Assembly: GCA_029287855.1 (NCBI GenBank)
Contig: JARFQI010000071.1
Coordinates: 1-40,223 of the forward strand
Origin: Arenicellales bacterium
Lineage (GTDB): Bacteria > Pseudomonadota > Gammaproteobacteria > BMS3Bbin11
Reading direction: 5' to 3'
DNA: 40,223 nt
Under the pieces are notes generated by a model. It was not told the DNA's origin. It searched no databases and saw only the letters and a program-made list of their open reading frames with translations. A program made the translations under genes and the position numbers. This document shows, one piece after another, positions 10,542 to 20,296 of this stretch (positions are counted from its first letter, which is position 1; every line of letters starts with the position of its first letter).

Positions 10542-10617
10542 GGCCAGGTAGCTCAGTCGGTAGAGCAGGGGATTGAAAATCCCCGTGTCGGCAGTTCGAT
10601 TCTGTCCCTGGCCACCA
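10542..10617 (+). tRNA. tRNA-Phe (anticodon GAA)
   Basis: GGCCAGG/CCTGGCC acceptor stem, GGGGA-TTGAAAA-TCCCC anticodon arm, TTCGA T-loop, CCA end. Confidence 0.97.
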
Positions 10618-10772
10618 TTTCTAATTCCTGTGCACATTCAGGAAAACACCGTAACACCACTTCTTTGCTTAACATTGAAGCGCCTAAGGACAACAATTTG
10701 GCGCGTTATGTCGTGATGAATTCAATAATCAGCGATATATTGACTTCTACTCCCCACGACAGACCAAAAAAG

Positions 10773-10952
10773 ATGAAAAACACGATTGAAGCCAACTTAC
10801 ATGCGGAAATTGATTTCTGGCGTTCATTGATAGAAGAATGGAAAAAAACACATAACGAGCCAGTCAATTCCAGAATTGAAGAAGCCCTGGCACTGGCGGA
10901 ATATAAGCTAAAGCAGCATCAAATGACGAACACAAACATGCGCCTTCATTAG
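10773..10952 (+). CDS. Small hypothetical helical protein (59 aa)
   Basis: MKNTIEANLHAEIDFWRSLIEEW... amphipathic helices; start uncertain (ORF open from 10665). Confidence 0.45.
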   Translation: MKNTIEANLHAEIDFWRSLIEEWKKTHNEPVNSRIEEALALAEYKLKQHQMTNTNMRLH

Positions 10953-11090
10953 ATATTAACACTCTTCTAATTAGCTAGCTGTTTGACGATTCGAAAAGCC
11001 GCACGAAGATACGAAGTCTGATTCTTTCTTCATTTTCCCGATAGACACACTATTCGGATTACCCATGGACCTGCCGCATCAAGACCAGAA

Positions 11091-11357
11091 TCACTGTTCC
11101 ATTTCAAAAGTACGGTTTGCACCTGTATCAATGTCATAGAGTTCTATCTGTACTGTTTTACCAAACCCATAGACAGAGGTAACCTCTGCTGTACGGTATT
11201 CTTCTTTGCTGTAATCGTAGTAGGTAATTTCTTTCCCCGGGGTAGCCAAGCTGCGGCTACTGAGCATGATATTTGTGCCCTGTTCAGTGTCCTGACCAAC
11301 CCATGCGAACACAAGCGTTGGCAAAAGTAATAAAATTAAAAACGAAAATACTCTCAT
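11091..11357 (-). CDS. Small secreted protein, DUF5334-like
   Basis: Signal peptide ending VFA-W; pattern W-G-D...PG-EI-YYDY..EY...EV.SV...G.TV.IELYD..TG..RTFEM matches my recollection of DUF5334; RBS AGAGGG. Confidence 0.65.
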   Translation of the reverse strand: MRVFSFLILLLLPTLVFAWVGQDTEQGTNIMLSSRSLATPGKEITYYDYSKEEYRTAEVTSVYGFGKTVQIELYDIDTGANRTFEMEQ

Positions 11358-11654
11358 TGTTATACCCTCTATTAGTGACAGCAGGATGACTGTTTACTGA
11401 ATTATTATTGTTTTTGATTTGCTTATCTGCCGTTAATTTAAATGTAGCAAGTATCTAGTGTTTTACAATGACATTAATTATATTTTCATAAATAATTTAC
11501 ATATATCTCATTTAAATCAGAAGGTTGCGATATTTATTTTTCTTATTAAGAGCTTCATTTTATTTCAGTTTCGGGGTAAACGCAGTCATATAATTGTCTT
11601 TTCATTATCCACAATCAGCTATGAATATTATCTAAAATTTTTCGATTCGCCTGT

Positions 11655-12341
11655 TTAATCGGATTTACCGGGCAGCGCCTGTCTATCGATTACCACTTCT
11701 GAATTACCAATGGAATTCATCATAGCCACTGGCAGTAGTTCACCCTGTTGCCAGCGGGATACCGCAACGGCCTTATCCTTCCCTGTAATGAGGAATAATA
11801 GCTGTCGACATTGTCCCAAAATTTCCGCACTTAGACTGACTCTCTGTGCTGGCAACTTTGGTGCATCAAAAATGGGCAGGACTGTTTTTCCTGATATGTG
11901 GGCCTGGCCCGGAAACAAACTCGCCGTATGGCCATCTTCTCCCATACCTAGCAACACCATATCGAAGGGCGGAACGCCTTCAAGCAATGCAGCATATTGC
12001 TTTGCTGCTTTTGCAGGTCCTGCTTCTGCCGGTATCACGTGTATCTGTGATGCAGGTATGCCTACCTTGCTAAACAGTGTTTTATCTGCCATAAAACTAT
12101 TGCGGTCTGGATGATCTATCGGCAGGCAACGCTCGTCACCAAACCAGACATGCCAATGCTCCCAGTCACAGCTAGCCATTGCCAGCAATGCGTAGGTCCT
12201 CGCTGGTGTATTACCACCAGCGAGAACGATATGAAATTCACCCCGTGCTGCAATCGCCAGCTTCGATGCCTGCACGATACGATCACGAGCAGTACTTGCT
12301 ACTGCATCAGGATTTTCCAGTACAGTCCATTTCATACTCAA
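11655..12341 (-). CDS. pgl: 6-phosphogluconolactonase
   Basis: LAGGNTP, FGDERC, LLGMGEDGHTASLFP; close to zwf and gnd. Start may be ATG 12335. Confidence 0.93.
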   Translation of the reverse strand: MSMKWTVLENPDAVASTARDRIVQASKLAIAARGEFHIVLAGGNTPARTYALLAMASCDWEHWHVWFGDERCLPIDHPDRNSFMADKTLFSKVGIPASQIHVIPAEAGPAKAAKQYAALLEGVPPFDMVLLGMGEDGHTASLFPGQAHISGKTVLPIFDAPKLPAQRVSLSAEILGQCRQLLFLITGKDKAVAVSRWQQGELLPVAMMNSIGNSEVVIDRQALPGKSD

Positions 12342-12502
12342 TATTGCAACCCGATTTAATTAATTGCCATTTACCATGTAATCATTGCACAAATACATAA
12401 ACATCTGCGTACCAATCTATTAAAATACCCTATATCTTTTAAATACGGTAGACGGGACTCCCTTGATCACCTCTACTGTTTTCATATAACCCGGAGATAC
12501 TA

Positions 12503-13129
12503 ATGAGTGATGCTCTAAATTACCTGATTGCTGCCCGTCCTGATGCAGTTCTGCCCTACTTCAAGATGCTTAAAGAGGCGGGAAAACATCTCGATACCCG
12601 TACACGTGACCTGATCTCGGTAATAACCAAGGTTGACGCACAGACTGAAGGCGGCTTTCGCCAGTACCTGACACGTGCGTTGCGTAACGGTGCCAGCGCC
12701 AATGAAATCCTAGATGCCCTGTTCATGGCATTTCCTACCCTAGGTTTTGCCAAGATTGTCTGGGCAACAGAAATACTGCTGGACATGGATATACCGGAGT
12801 TTCATCCTGATAACCTGGATGCTGTTCCGGAATGGCATTCGATCGGGCCTGTTGATGAGTTTGCTTCCGGCGAAATCAGCTACCGTGAATGTGGTGGCCG
12901 CAACCTGTATATATATCGAGACGGTGATGAGTTCCGTGTTTACGACAGCCGCTGTCCGCACCAGGTGACTAACATACCGCATCTGGCACTGGATGGCACA
13001 AAATTGACCTGTCCCAAACACCATTGGGTGTTTGAAGTCACCACCGGTGAATGCACAGACGTCGGTAATCGTCCTCTAAACGAATTCAAACACGAAATCA
13101 AAGACGGCGAGTTGAAGGTTTTCTGGTAA
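12503..13129 (+). CDS. Carboxymuconolactone-decarboxylase/AhpD-like domain fused to a Rieske [2Fe-2S] ferredoxin domain
   Basis: N-half LDTRTRDLISV...RALRNGASANEILDAL (CMD fold); C-half CPH-x16-CPKH Rieske ligands; RBS GGAG. Confidence 0.8.
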   Translation: MSDALNYLIAARPDAVLPYFKMLKEAGKHLDTRTRDLISVITKVDAQTEGGFRQYLTRALRNGASANEILDALFMAFPTLGFAKIVWATEILLDMDIPEFHPDNLDAVPEWHSIGPVDEFASGEISYRECGGRNLYIYRDGDEFRVYDSRCPHQVTNIPHLALDGTKLTCPKHHWVFEVTTGECTDVGNRPLNEFKHEIKDGELKVFW

Positions 13130-13146
13130 ATAAATATCAGAAACGA

Positions 13147-13208
13147 GACTAAGGATAAAGGAAGAATGGAAACACAAATCTAAGTCTTTTTGTCTTTAGT
13201 CCTTAGTC
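13147..13208. terminator. Long inverted repeat between convergent genes (possible bidirectional terminator/stabiliser)
   Basis: GACTAAGGATAAAG (13147-13160) pairs with CTTTAGTCCTTAGTC (13194-13208) with one bulge; no clear U-tract. Confidence 0.4.
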
Positions 13209-13219
13209 GAAGATTTCCC

Positions 13220-13783
13220 CTAGAGCTGGTTGTCACCGCTACGTCGATTTTTCGCAGCCAGCGCTAGCATAATCATTCCCCAGCCATTGAAAATCAGTTC
13301 AATGGCTACAAACATGCCGATCACCCATAAACCGGACTCCGGCCAGTTATTCAAAATCATAATGCCAAGAACAATAGCTGCAATACCGCTGATCAGGGTC
13401 CATATCCACCCGGCTACCCCCTTAAGTTGAAAGGCCATAATAATCCGCACTATACCTACTGCAATTAAAGCCCATGCAATAAACAGTGTCAGCGTTGTCG
13501 ATGCAAGCAGCGGATTCTTCACCATGATGAAACCAACAGCGACATAAAGCAGGGCAATAAGTATCTTCCCTATAAGTGACCAGCCTTTAAACCGGAATGC
13601 ATCGACGAGTTGAAAGCCACCGCCAATTAAGATCAAAAATCCGAAGAATGTTACTGTCGTCAGAGTCAGGGCAAACGTTGCCCCGATACCTATCGTCCCG
13701 AGGATTACCATCAAAATACCAATAGCAAGTATCCAGCCCCATTTCTTGCCAATTTCGTTCATTGCCACTGTTTCTAAACTCAT
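13220..13783 (-). CDS. hdeD: HdeD/DUF308 family membrane protein
   Basis: About six hydrophobic segments, WGWILAIGILMVILG, NWPESGLWVIGMFVAIELIFNG; RBS AGGGAG. Confidence 0.8.
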   Translation of the reverse strand: MSLETVAMNEIGKKWGWILAIGILMVILGTIGIGATFALTLTTVTFFGFLILIGGGFQLVDAFRFKGWSLIGKILIALLYVAVGFIMVKNPLLASTTLTLFIAWALIAVGIVRIIMAFQLKGVAGWIWTLISGIAAIVLGIMILNNWPESGLWVIGMFVAIELIFNGWGMIMLALAAKNRRSGDNQL

Positions 13784-13853
13784 TATGTAGCTCCCTGTAT
13801 TTTATTGAATCATGTAAGCTACTATTAGCAGCCACATGATATTTTGAACTTCA

Positions 13854-15356
13854 TTATGACACCGGGTCCATAGTTTGTCGCCATTGTGTAGCAGTCTTAT
13901 CAAAGATGGCCCTGCTCTCTGGTGGCCCCCAGCTTCCAGCTGAATATTTATCCACTGGTGTATCTTCCTTTGACCAGGCATCAATCACAGGGTCAACCAC
14001 TCTCCAGGCGTATTCAACTTCATCGTTGCGAAGAAAAAGAGATCTATCGCCACGCAGCACATCAAGCAATAAATCTTCGTAAGCATCAACACGCGCATCA
14101 CCCTCATCCAGTAATGAAGCATTGAGGCTAATCTGGCGAATCTGCATCTCCAACCCCGGCTCTTTGACCGTTACTTCCATACGCACACAATTACTGGGCT
14201 GGATACCCAGCACTAACCAGTTTGGTTTCATACCGTTCCTGCTCACATCTCGAAATAACTGCTGTGGCGGATGCCGGAAACAGATAGAAATCATCGACTG
14301 GCGCTGTGCCATACGCTTGCCGGTACGCAGGTAGAAAGGCACTCCTCTCCATCGCCAGTTATCGATATATAGCTTCAATGCGGCAAAAGTTTCCGTAGTA
14401 CTGTTAGCAGGAACATCCTGCTCTTCAAGGTAGCCTATGACTTCTTCATTACCAATGACACCCGCTGTATACTGCGCGCGATATGCCCGCGTTTGAAAAT
14501 CCTCTTTGGTAATCGGGCGAATAGATTTCAACACCTTGACCTTCTCATCACGCAGATCTTCTGCATCCATTGTTGCCGGGGGTTCCATAGCAACCAGTGT
14601 CAATAATTGAAGCAAATGGCTCTGTATCATGTCGCGCATAGCGCCACTACTATCGTAATACGCGGCTCGTGTACCTACACCCGCTGTTTCCGAGTGCGTA
14701 ATCTGCACATGATCAATGTAATTGCGGTTCCATAACGGCTCAAGCATGGTGTTGGCAAAGCGAAACACATTTACATTTTGTACCGTACCTTTACCGAGGT
14801 AATGATCAATACGATAGATCTGGTGTTCAGTTAAATATCGGCTAATACTGGCCTGCAGGACTCGTGCACTACTCAAATCGTAGCCAAAAGGCTTTTCAAT
14901 AACTACACGGCGCCAGTTTTCTGTCTCCTGTAATAGATCACACTCACCTAGCCCCTCGATTACCAGGCCGAATTCCGCTGGCCTGATCGCCATGTAGAAA
15001 GCGATATTCGAAGAAAGTCTTGCAGATGATATCTCTGACTCCAGGTAATTCTTCAATGATGACCATATATCCGGCTCACTGTAATCTACTTTGAAGTAAT
15101 CCAGGCGGAGCGCAAACCGTTTAAATACATCCGCATCGAAACGTTCTCCTGCACTTGATTCAACCCAGTTTTGTACTTCAGCAATACATTTAGCCTTATT
15201 CCAGTCACGTCGGCCGGTCGCCAGTATTTTTGTCTCAGGATGTAACTGGCCAGCCTTGTCCAGCAGGTACAATGCCGGCATTAACTTAATCTTTGAAAGA
15301 TTACCCGTGGCACCAAATATCACCAGTGTTGCCTGCTCGCGCTTAGTCGAACTCAT
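13854..15356 (-). CDS. zwf: Glucose-6-phosphate 1-dehydrogenase
   Basis: IFGATGNL, EKPFG, RIDHYLGK, RWRGVPFYLRTGK. Confidence 0.97.
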   Translation of the reverse strand: MSSTKREQATLVIFGATGNLSKIKLMPALYLLDKAGQLHPETKILATGRRDWNKAKCIAEVQNWVESSAGERFDADVFKRFALRLDYFKVDYSEPDIWSSLKNYLESEISSARLSSNIAFYMAIRPAEFGLVIEGLGECDLLQETENWRRVVIEKPFGYDLSSARVLQASISRYLTEHQIYRIDHYLGKGTVQNVNVFRFANTMLEPLWNRNYIDHVQITHSETAGVGTRAAYYDSSGAMRDMIQSHLLQLLTLVAMEPPATMDAEDLRDEKVKVLKSIRPITKEDFQTRAYRAQYTAGVIGNEEVIGYLEEQDVPANSTTETFAALKLYIDNWRWRGVPFYLRTGKRMAQRQSMISICFRHPPQQLFRDVSRNGMKPNWLVLGIQPSNCVRMEVTVKEPGLEMQIRQISLNASLLDEGDARVDAYEDLLLDVLRGDRSLFLRNDEVEYAWRVVDPVIDAWSKEDTPVDKYSAGSWGPPESRAIFDKTATQWRQTMDPVS

Positions 15357-15359
15357 TCA

Positions 15360-16808
15360 TCAAACCTCATATCGGCCGGACGATACATCACCCCCCTCAC
15401 CGGTCCAGTCAGTATGAAAAAATTCTCCGCGTGGGCGATCTATACGCTCATATGTGTGGGCACCGAAATAGTCCCGCTGTGCCTGTATCAGGTTGGCAGG
15501 TAAGTGACCACGTCGATAACCGTCAAAAAAAGCAAGTGCCGATGACATCGCAGGCAAAGGAATGGACAGTTCGATCCCCAACTTTACGGCTTCTCTCCAA
15601 CCCGCTTCAGATATTTTAATTTCACTTATAAAGAACTTATCGAGCAACAGGTTTTCAAGATTTTCATTTTCATCATAGGCCTGCCTGATATTGCCGAGAA
15701 AACGACTTCGAATGATACATCCTCCCCGCCACATCAAGGCAATATCACCAAAATTCAATCGCCATCCATATTCAATTGCAGCATCTCGCATCAACATATA
15801 GCCCTGGGCATAGGAAATAATCTTCGATGCGTAGAGTGCATCATGGATAAACTGGATCACCTGTTCCCTGTCGCCATCAAAAATGGCATGTGAACTCGAA
15901 AGCAGAGTATCTGCACGCACACGTTCATCCTTGATTGCGGATAAACAACGTGCAAACACTGCTTCACCAATCAAAGTCAACGGTACACCGAGCTGCAGTG
16001 CACTGATGCCGGCCCATTTCCCCGTGCCTTTCTGTCCTGCCGCATCAAGGATGCTGTCAAGCAGAGGCTTACCTTCGTCATCTCGAAAAGCAAGAATATT
16101 TGCGGTGATTTCTATCAGATATGAATCCAGTACCCCTTCATTCCATGCTGCAAAGGTTTTCTGGATTTCGTCTACAGTCATACCAAGTCCTGATCGCATC
16201 AGGTGGTAGGCTTCAGCAATTAATTGCATATCGCCATATTCGATTCCATTATGAACCATTTTCACATAGTGGCCGGAACCTGCCGGCCCCACCCACTGAC
16301 AGCAAGGTTCACCATCAACTTTTGCTGAAATGGCCTGCAATACCTCTTTGACTGCTGGCCAGGCGCTTTCATCGCCACCTGGCATAATAGAAGGTCCATG
16401 CCGCGCGCCTTCTTCTCCGCCGGAGATACCTGCACCAATAAAATGAATTCCCTCTTTTAACAGTTCCTGATATCGACGATTGCTATCAGTAAAGCGGGAG
16501 TTACCGCCATCAATAAGAACGTCTCCCTTGTCCAATAGTGGTAAAAGGCGGCCAATCAAATCGTCTACCGGTTTGCCGGCACGAATCATCATAATGATCT
16601 TACGCGGAGCTTCCAGAGACGAAACAAAGCCCTCGAGAGAGCCATGGCCGGTAATATCTGAAGAATCTGCCGGTCCTTCTAAAAAATCTACAAGTTTGCT
16701 TGCCGTGCGATTATGTACCGACACTTTATAGCCGTGATCGTGTAAATTTAGTGCAAGATTCTGCCCCATTACGGCAAGACCAATTAGTCCAATATCTGCT
16801 TGTGGCAT
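15360..16808 (-). CDS. gnd: 6-phosphogluconate dehydrogenase, NADP-dependent, decarboxylating
   Basis: GLAVMG, SGGEEGA, KMVHNGIEYGDMQ, QAQRDYFGAHTY; RBS AGGAGG. Confidence 0.97.
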   Translation of the reverse strand: MPQADIGLIGLAVMGQNLALNLHDHGYKVSVHNRTASKLVDFLEGPADSSDITGHGSLEGFVSSLEAPRKIIMMIRAGKPVDDLIGRLLPLLDKGDVLIDGGNSRFTDSNRRYQELLKEGIHFIGAGISGGEEGARHGPSIMPGGDESAWPAVKEVLQAISAKVDGEPCCQWVGPAGSGHYVKMVHNGIEYGDMQLIAEAYHLMRSGLGMTVDEIQKTFAAWNEGVLDSYLIEITANILAFRDDEGKPLLDSILDAAGQKGTGKWAGISALQLGVPLTLIGEAVFARCLSAIKDERVRADTLLSSSHAIFDGDREQVIQFIHDALYASKIISYAQGYMLMRDAAIEYGWRLNFGDIALMWRGGCIIRSRFLGNIRQAYDENENLENLLLDKFFISEIKISEAGWREAVKLGIELSIPLPAMSSALAFFDGYRRGHLPANLIQAQRDYFGAHTYERIDRPRGEFFHTDWTGEGGDVSSGRYEV

Positions 16809-17039
16809 TCCAATCCTCCTGTTACAAGTTCATCTATGGCAACTATTTATACTAGATATTGCCAGTGTTTTAGTTCAAACATGAGAACAATGTTAAAATC
16901 TAACATGATCCATCGCGTGACGGCTTAAATCCGAAAAAAAATTTGTTTGAAACCATAGCGCCGGTTATTGAATGTGTGAGATTATTTCATTATTAAATAC
17001 TGATATACACTTCAGTCGGACTAAACATGGGCTTCTAAG

Positions 17040-18020
17040 ATGAAAAATATTAATACAGCTACTCTATTTCTTATTACGTTATTAGTTTCTTCTACTAGCT
17101 GGGCAGTTGCACCACCGCTCGGTGAATGGGAACTATTATTTGAGAATGATGACGGCCGCGCTGTTGCTCTTGATGTTTATCATGAAACGCCTGTCATTAT
17201 AGATGTAAAAGGCCACATGTATTTTGTGAATAAAGAAATAGGTGAAGAACCCAGCGGTGAATGGTTTAGCGAAGTCTACGAAAGCTGGCAAAGGGTCCCT
17301 GGCGGTGGTGAAGCTATGGATATCAGCATAGACGGTGACGGAGTGCCCTGGGTTGTCGGTATAAACAGCCATAAAGTTTATCACCTGGATGGCCCGATAG
17401 AAGGTGACCTTTCTGCGAATTCACATCATGGCTGGATCGAGCATCCTGGCAACGCCAAAGCAAGACGCATATCAGTTTCAAAGACCAATGGAACACCTTA
17501 TATCATTGGTGCGTTTAGTGGCATAGTCTTCAAGGGAACTGGCACTGGATGGACCGCACTATCTGCCACACTCCTTGATAGTCAGGGACAAAACTTGAAC
17601 ACACCTTTAAATGCGATAGACCTTTTTGCAGAATCCTACAATGCCGGTGATAGTGAGAACCCGGATTTGCGAGACCTTGTCTTTGCGATTAACCAGGATA
17701 AAAGAGTCTTTCTATTTGTCCCTGAACAGGATGCATGGCTGGAGTTGCCCGGTGATGCCAGGGCCGTGTCAGTCGTTTCCTCCGGAAAACTGGTTTATAT
17801 AATAGGTGAAGATGCCAAATTTTACGGCCTTGATCTAACTACCGATAAAACATGGACACCTGCCGGACCAGGAACAGGCAAGGACCTCGCCTTCAGCCAG
17901 ATTGATACTTTCCAGCCATTCGTTAGCCAGAACGGCAATATAGCGCCTTCTTCGAGCCATCGCCATGTCTGGACCATAGGTGAAAAAGGTCAGGTATACA
18001 GAGCATTTGTCGCCTACTAG
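17040..18020 (+). CDS. Secreted tectonin-like beta-propeller protein
   Basis: Signal peptide; repeated blades WQRVPG..AMDISI..VPWVVG, WIEHPG..ARRISV..PYIIG, WLELPG..AVSVV..VYIIG, WTPAGPG.GKDLA. Confidence 0.6.
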   Translation: MKNINTATLFLITLLVSSTSWAVAPPLGEWELLFENDDGRAVALDVYHETPVIIDVKGHMYFVNKEIGEEPSGEWFSEVYESWQRVPGGGEAMDISIDGDGVPWVVGINSHKVYHLDGPIEGDLSANSHHGWIEHPGNAKARRISVSKTNGTPYIIGAFSGIVFKGTGTGWTALSATLLDSQGQNLNTPLNAIDLFAESYNAGDSENPDLRDLVFAINQDKRVFLFVPEQDAWLELPGDARAVSVVSSGKLVYIIGEDAKFYGLDLTTDKTWTPAGPGTGKDLAFSQIDTFQPFVSQNGNIAPSSSHRHVWTIGEKGQVYRAFVAY

Positions 18021-18487
18021 AGATTCAATGAAACAGCAGGAGACTAAATTACAGCACATGTGAACTGAGGTTTAACACAAATTCATTTCAGGCAGCCACT
18101 GAAATCACTGTAACTCGCATTAACTGTAGCCAGATTTAACCAGCTGCTAAATAGGTGGTTTTTTCATACTAACTGAACAGATGCCACTCAAAATATTTAA
18201 TTAACTTACTCATATTCAATAAGTTAATTATTTACACATAGAAACACACCTGCCGACATCGAGACGCCAGGGGGTAAAAACGTTGCCAATCTATTGGCGT
18301 GAATAGTCAAGCTTCGCTGGTCATTTGAAAGTAGACTTATCGCTGAATTGGACTGCTTTTGCCGTTAAGAATTTTTATATTTACTGTATAAATGTAGTAT
18401 TGACTGGATATGTTAGAATAATCGGCTAGCCTATAAAGAGAAGCATTTTTTCGAGCAACAATTCCAACCAAACACCAGAGATCACGA

Positions 18488-19402
18488 ATGAGATTTAAAC
18501 GCGGATATAAAACATCACTTTTTGTTGTCACAACGATCGTTGCCGGTGCTCTGCTGGCATCGGGATGTGTCTCTGTGCCAGAACAGACACAAATCGTAAA
18601 TAAAGAGCTGGATGAAGACCGCTCTATAAGTGAAAGCAGCTGCGATATCAACCGCGCCAGTCTTTATTCTTATAAGCAGCAAGATAGAGCACACGAACTG
18701 GATTCAAGCAATATCACACTGTTGAACTGGAATATCTATAAAGGACAAAAAAAGAACTGGTCCACCGACTTCCGTGAACTAAGCAATGATAAAGACCTGG
18801 TGATCATTCAGGAAGCACAACTGACCTCCGAGGTAAAAGAAACGCTTAAAAAACAAAGCATACACTGGACGTTGAACACCGGTTTTTTTGTTAATGATGA
18901 AGCTACCGGGGTACTCACTGGATCCAGAGTTAAGCCTGTATCAAGCTGTGGACTGAGAACTACTGAGCCGTTCCTGCGCCTGCCTAAAACAGTCCTGGTG
19001 AATAAATATGAACTATCGGGCACTGATGAAAAACTGCTGGTTGCCAATATCCATAGTATCAATTTCACACTAGGCACCGAAGTTTACAGTGAACAAATCA
19101 ATGCTCTCACTGCAGCGATTGCTCAGCATCGCGGTCCAGTTATCGTTGCCGGTGATTTCAACAGCTGGAGTGATAAGCGAAAAGAGATTGTAAACGCCAT
19201 GGTTCAGGAGCTTTCACTAAAGGCCGTCACCTACAAAAGCAGCAACAGGGTCACCATATTTGGTAATGAAATAGATCATGTCTTTTACCGTGGCCTGGAA
19301 AGCCTGTCCAGCGAGGCACAGAAAGTGACCTCATCGGACCACAACCCGATCAAGGTGACATTCAGGGCACTGCCTGCCGAACAAAAGCTAGCCTTGAACT
19401 AG
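18488..19402 (+). CDS. Endonuclease/exonuclease/phosphatase-family lipoprotein (YafD/UPF0294-like)
   Basis: Lipobox LASGC; NWNIYK, IQEA, NIHSINF, AGDFNSW, DHVFYRG, SSDHNP. Confidence 0.88.
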   Translation: MRFKRGYKTSLFVVTTIVAGALLASGCVSVPEQTQIVNKELDEDRSISESSCDINRASLYSYKQQDRAHELDSSNITLLNWNIYKGQKKNWSTDFRELSNDKDLVIIQEAQLTSEVKETLKKQSIHWTLNTGFFVNDEATGVLTGSRVKPVSSCGLRTTEPFLRLPKTVLVNKYELSGTDEKLLVANIHSINFTLGTEVYSEQINALTAAIAQHRGPVIVAGDFNSWSDKRKEIVNAMVQELSLKAVTYKSSNRVTIFGNEIDHVFYRGLESLSSEAQKVTSSDHNPIKVTFRALPAEQKLALN

Positions 19403-20296
19403 AGATTTGACTACATCGTTACGCTTATTTTTCCAGATAGCCCGCTAAAACGTAGCAGCTGAAACAATGATCTTTTAGCTGCCCTGGCAACGATTAGGTA
19501 AAGTATACATCTCAGCACAGGTTTTTCCCGGCGATATTTTTCCTGGGACCACTCTGCCATCGTGTAGAAACCCTCTTTGGTTCTAGGCATACCAAAGGTA
19601 CTCGCAACATCCTCATAACTGGCCGTGTTTTCAGGCAGTCATTGTGTTTAGTGAAAGTCTTGATATCAATAATATATCTCGAAGAAAAATTCGGTTACGA
19701 AGCTTCAATCCACCCAACCACAATCAATGATTCATTGCTGTAATTTCCTGGTTCAGTGCGCTGTTAACGGCTGAAGATAGAAGCCATATTTTATCTAGCT
19801 TTTTACGAACAACGGAGTAAGCCAGGTAATTTTCCTCTTTCTACATCGAGATGGGTGGGCGCCCTGGTTCCAAAAGCGAGTGCCTTATCATATCTGTTCA
19901 ATACTAACGCCTCTCTGTATCCGGCAGGGCGATGATATTCAAGCGACAGGGCGGGGGCCGTGTGCATAATCACAACCGTGAAAAACAACAACACACAGGC
20001 TCCGCAGCACCTGCCTGAGACCATTCTTCGAAGGATATTATTGTCCCCATAGGCAGTGATTGATTCTTCTCTGCCACACTGGCAGATATTGCATGCGTTA
20101 GAATTACAAACAACGATGAACATGAAGTGAGTCTGAATTTCTTCAATTTGGGAACATACAAAAATTTTCTCGTCTATGGTTCCTACTGCTTATTAAATGG
20201 AATTAAAAGGCTCGATATTTATGATTGGGTCTGACAAACTGAATATTCTTCCGAAATTTTCCTTTTATTTAGAAAATAGAACGCCCTGACATCAAG

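Noticed and set aside
11458-11658. 66-aa ORF in the AT-rich stretch
   Set aside because: Low-complexity Phe/Ile-rich translation of AT-rich DNA with no RBS.
19410-20123. Possible decayed minus-strand gene (signal-peptide-like stretch plus short open fragments)
   Set aside because: The fragments look protein-like but match no family I recognise; needs BLASTX before it can be called.
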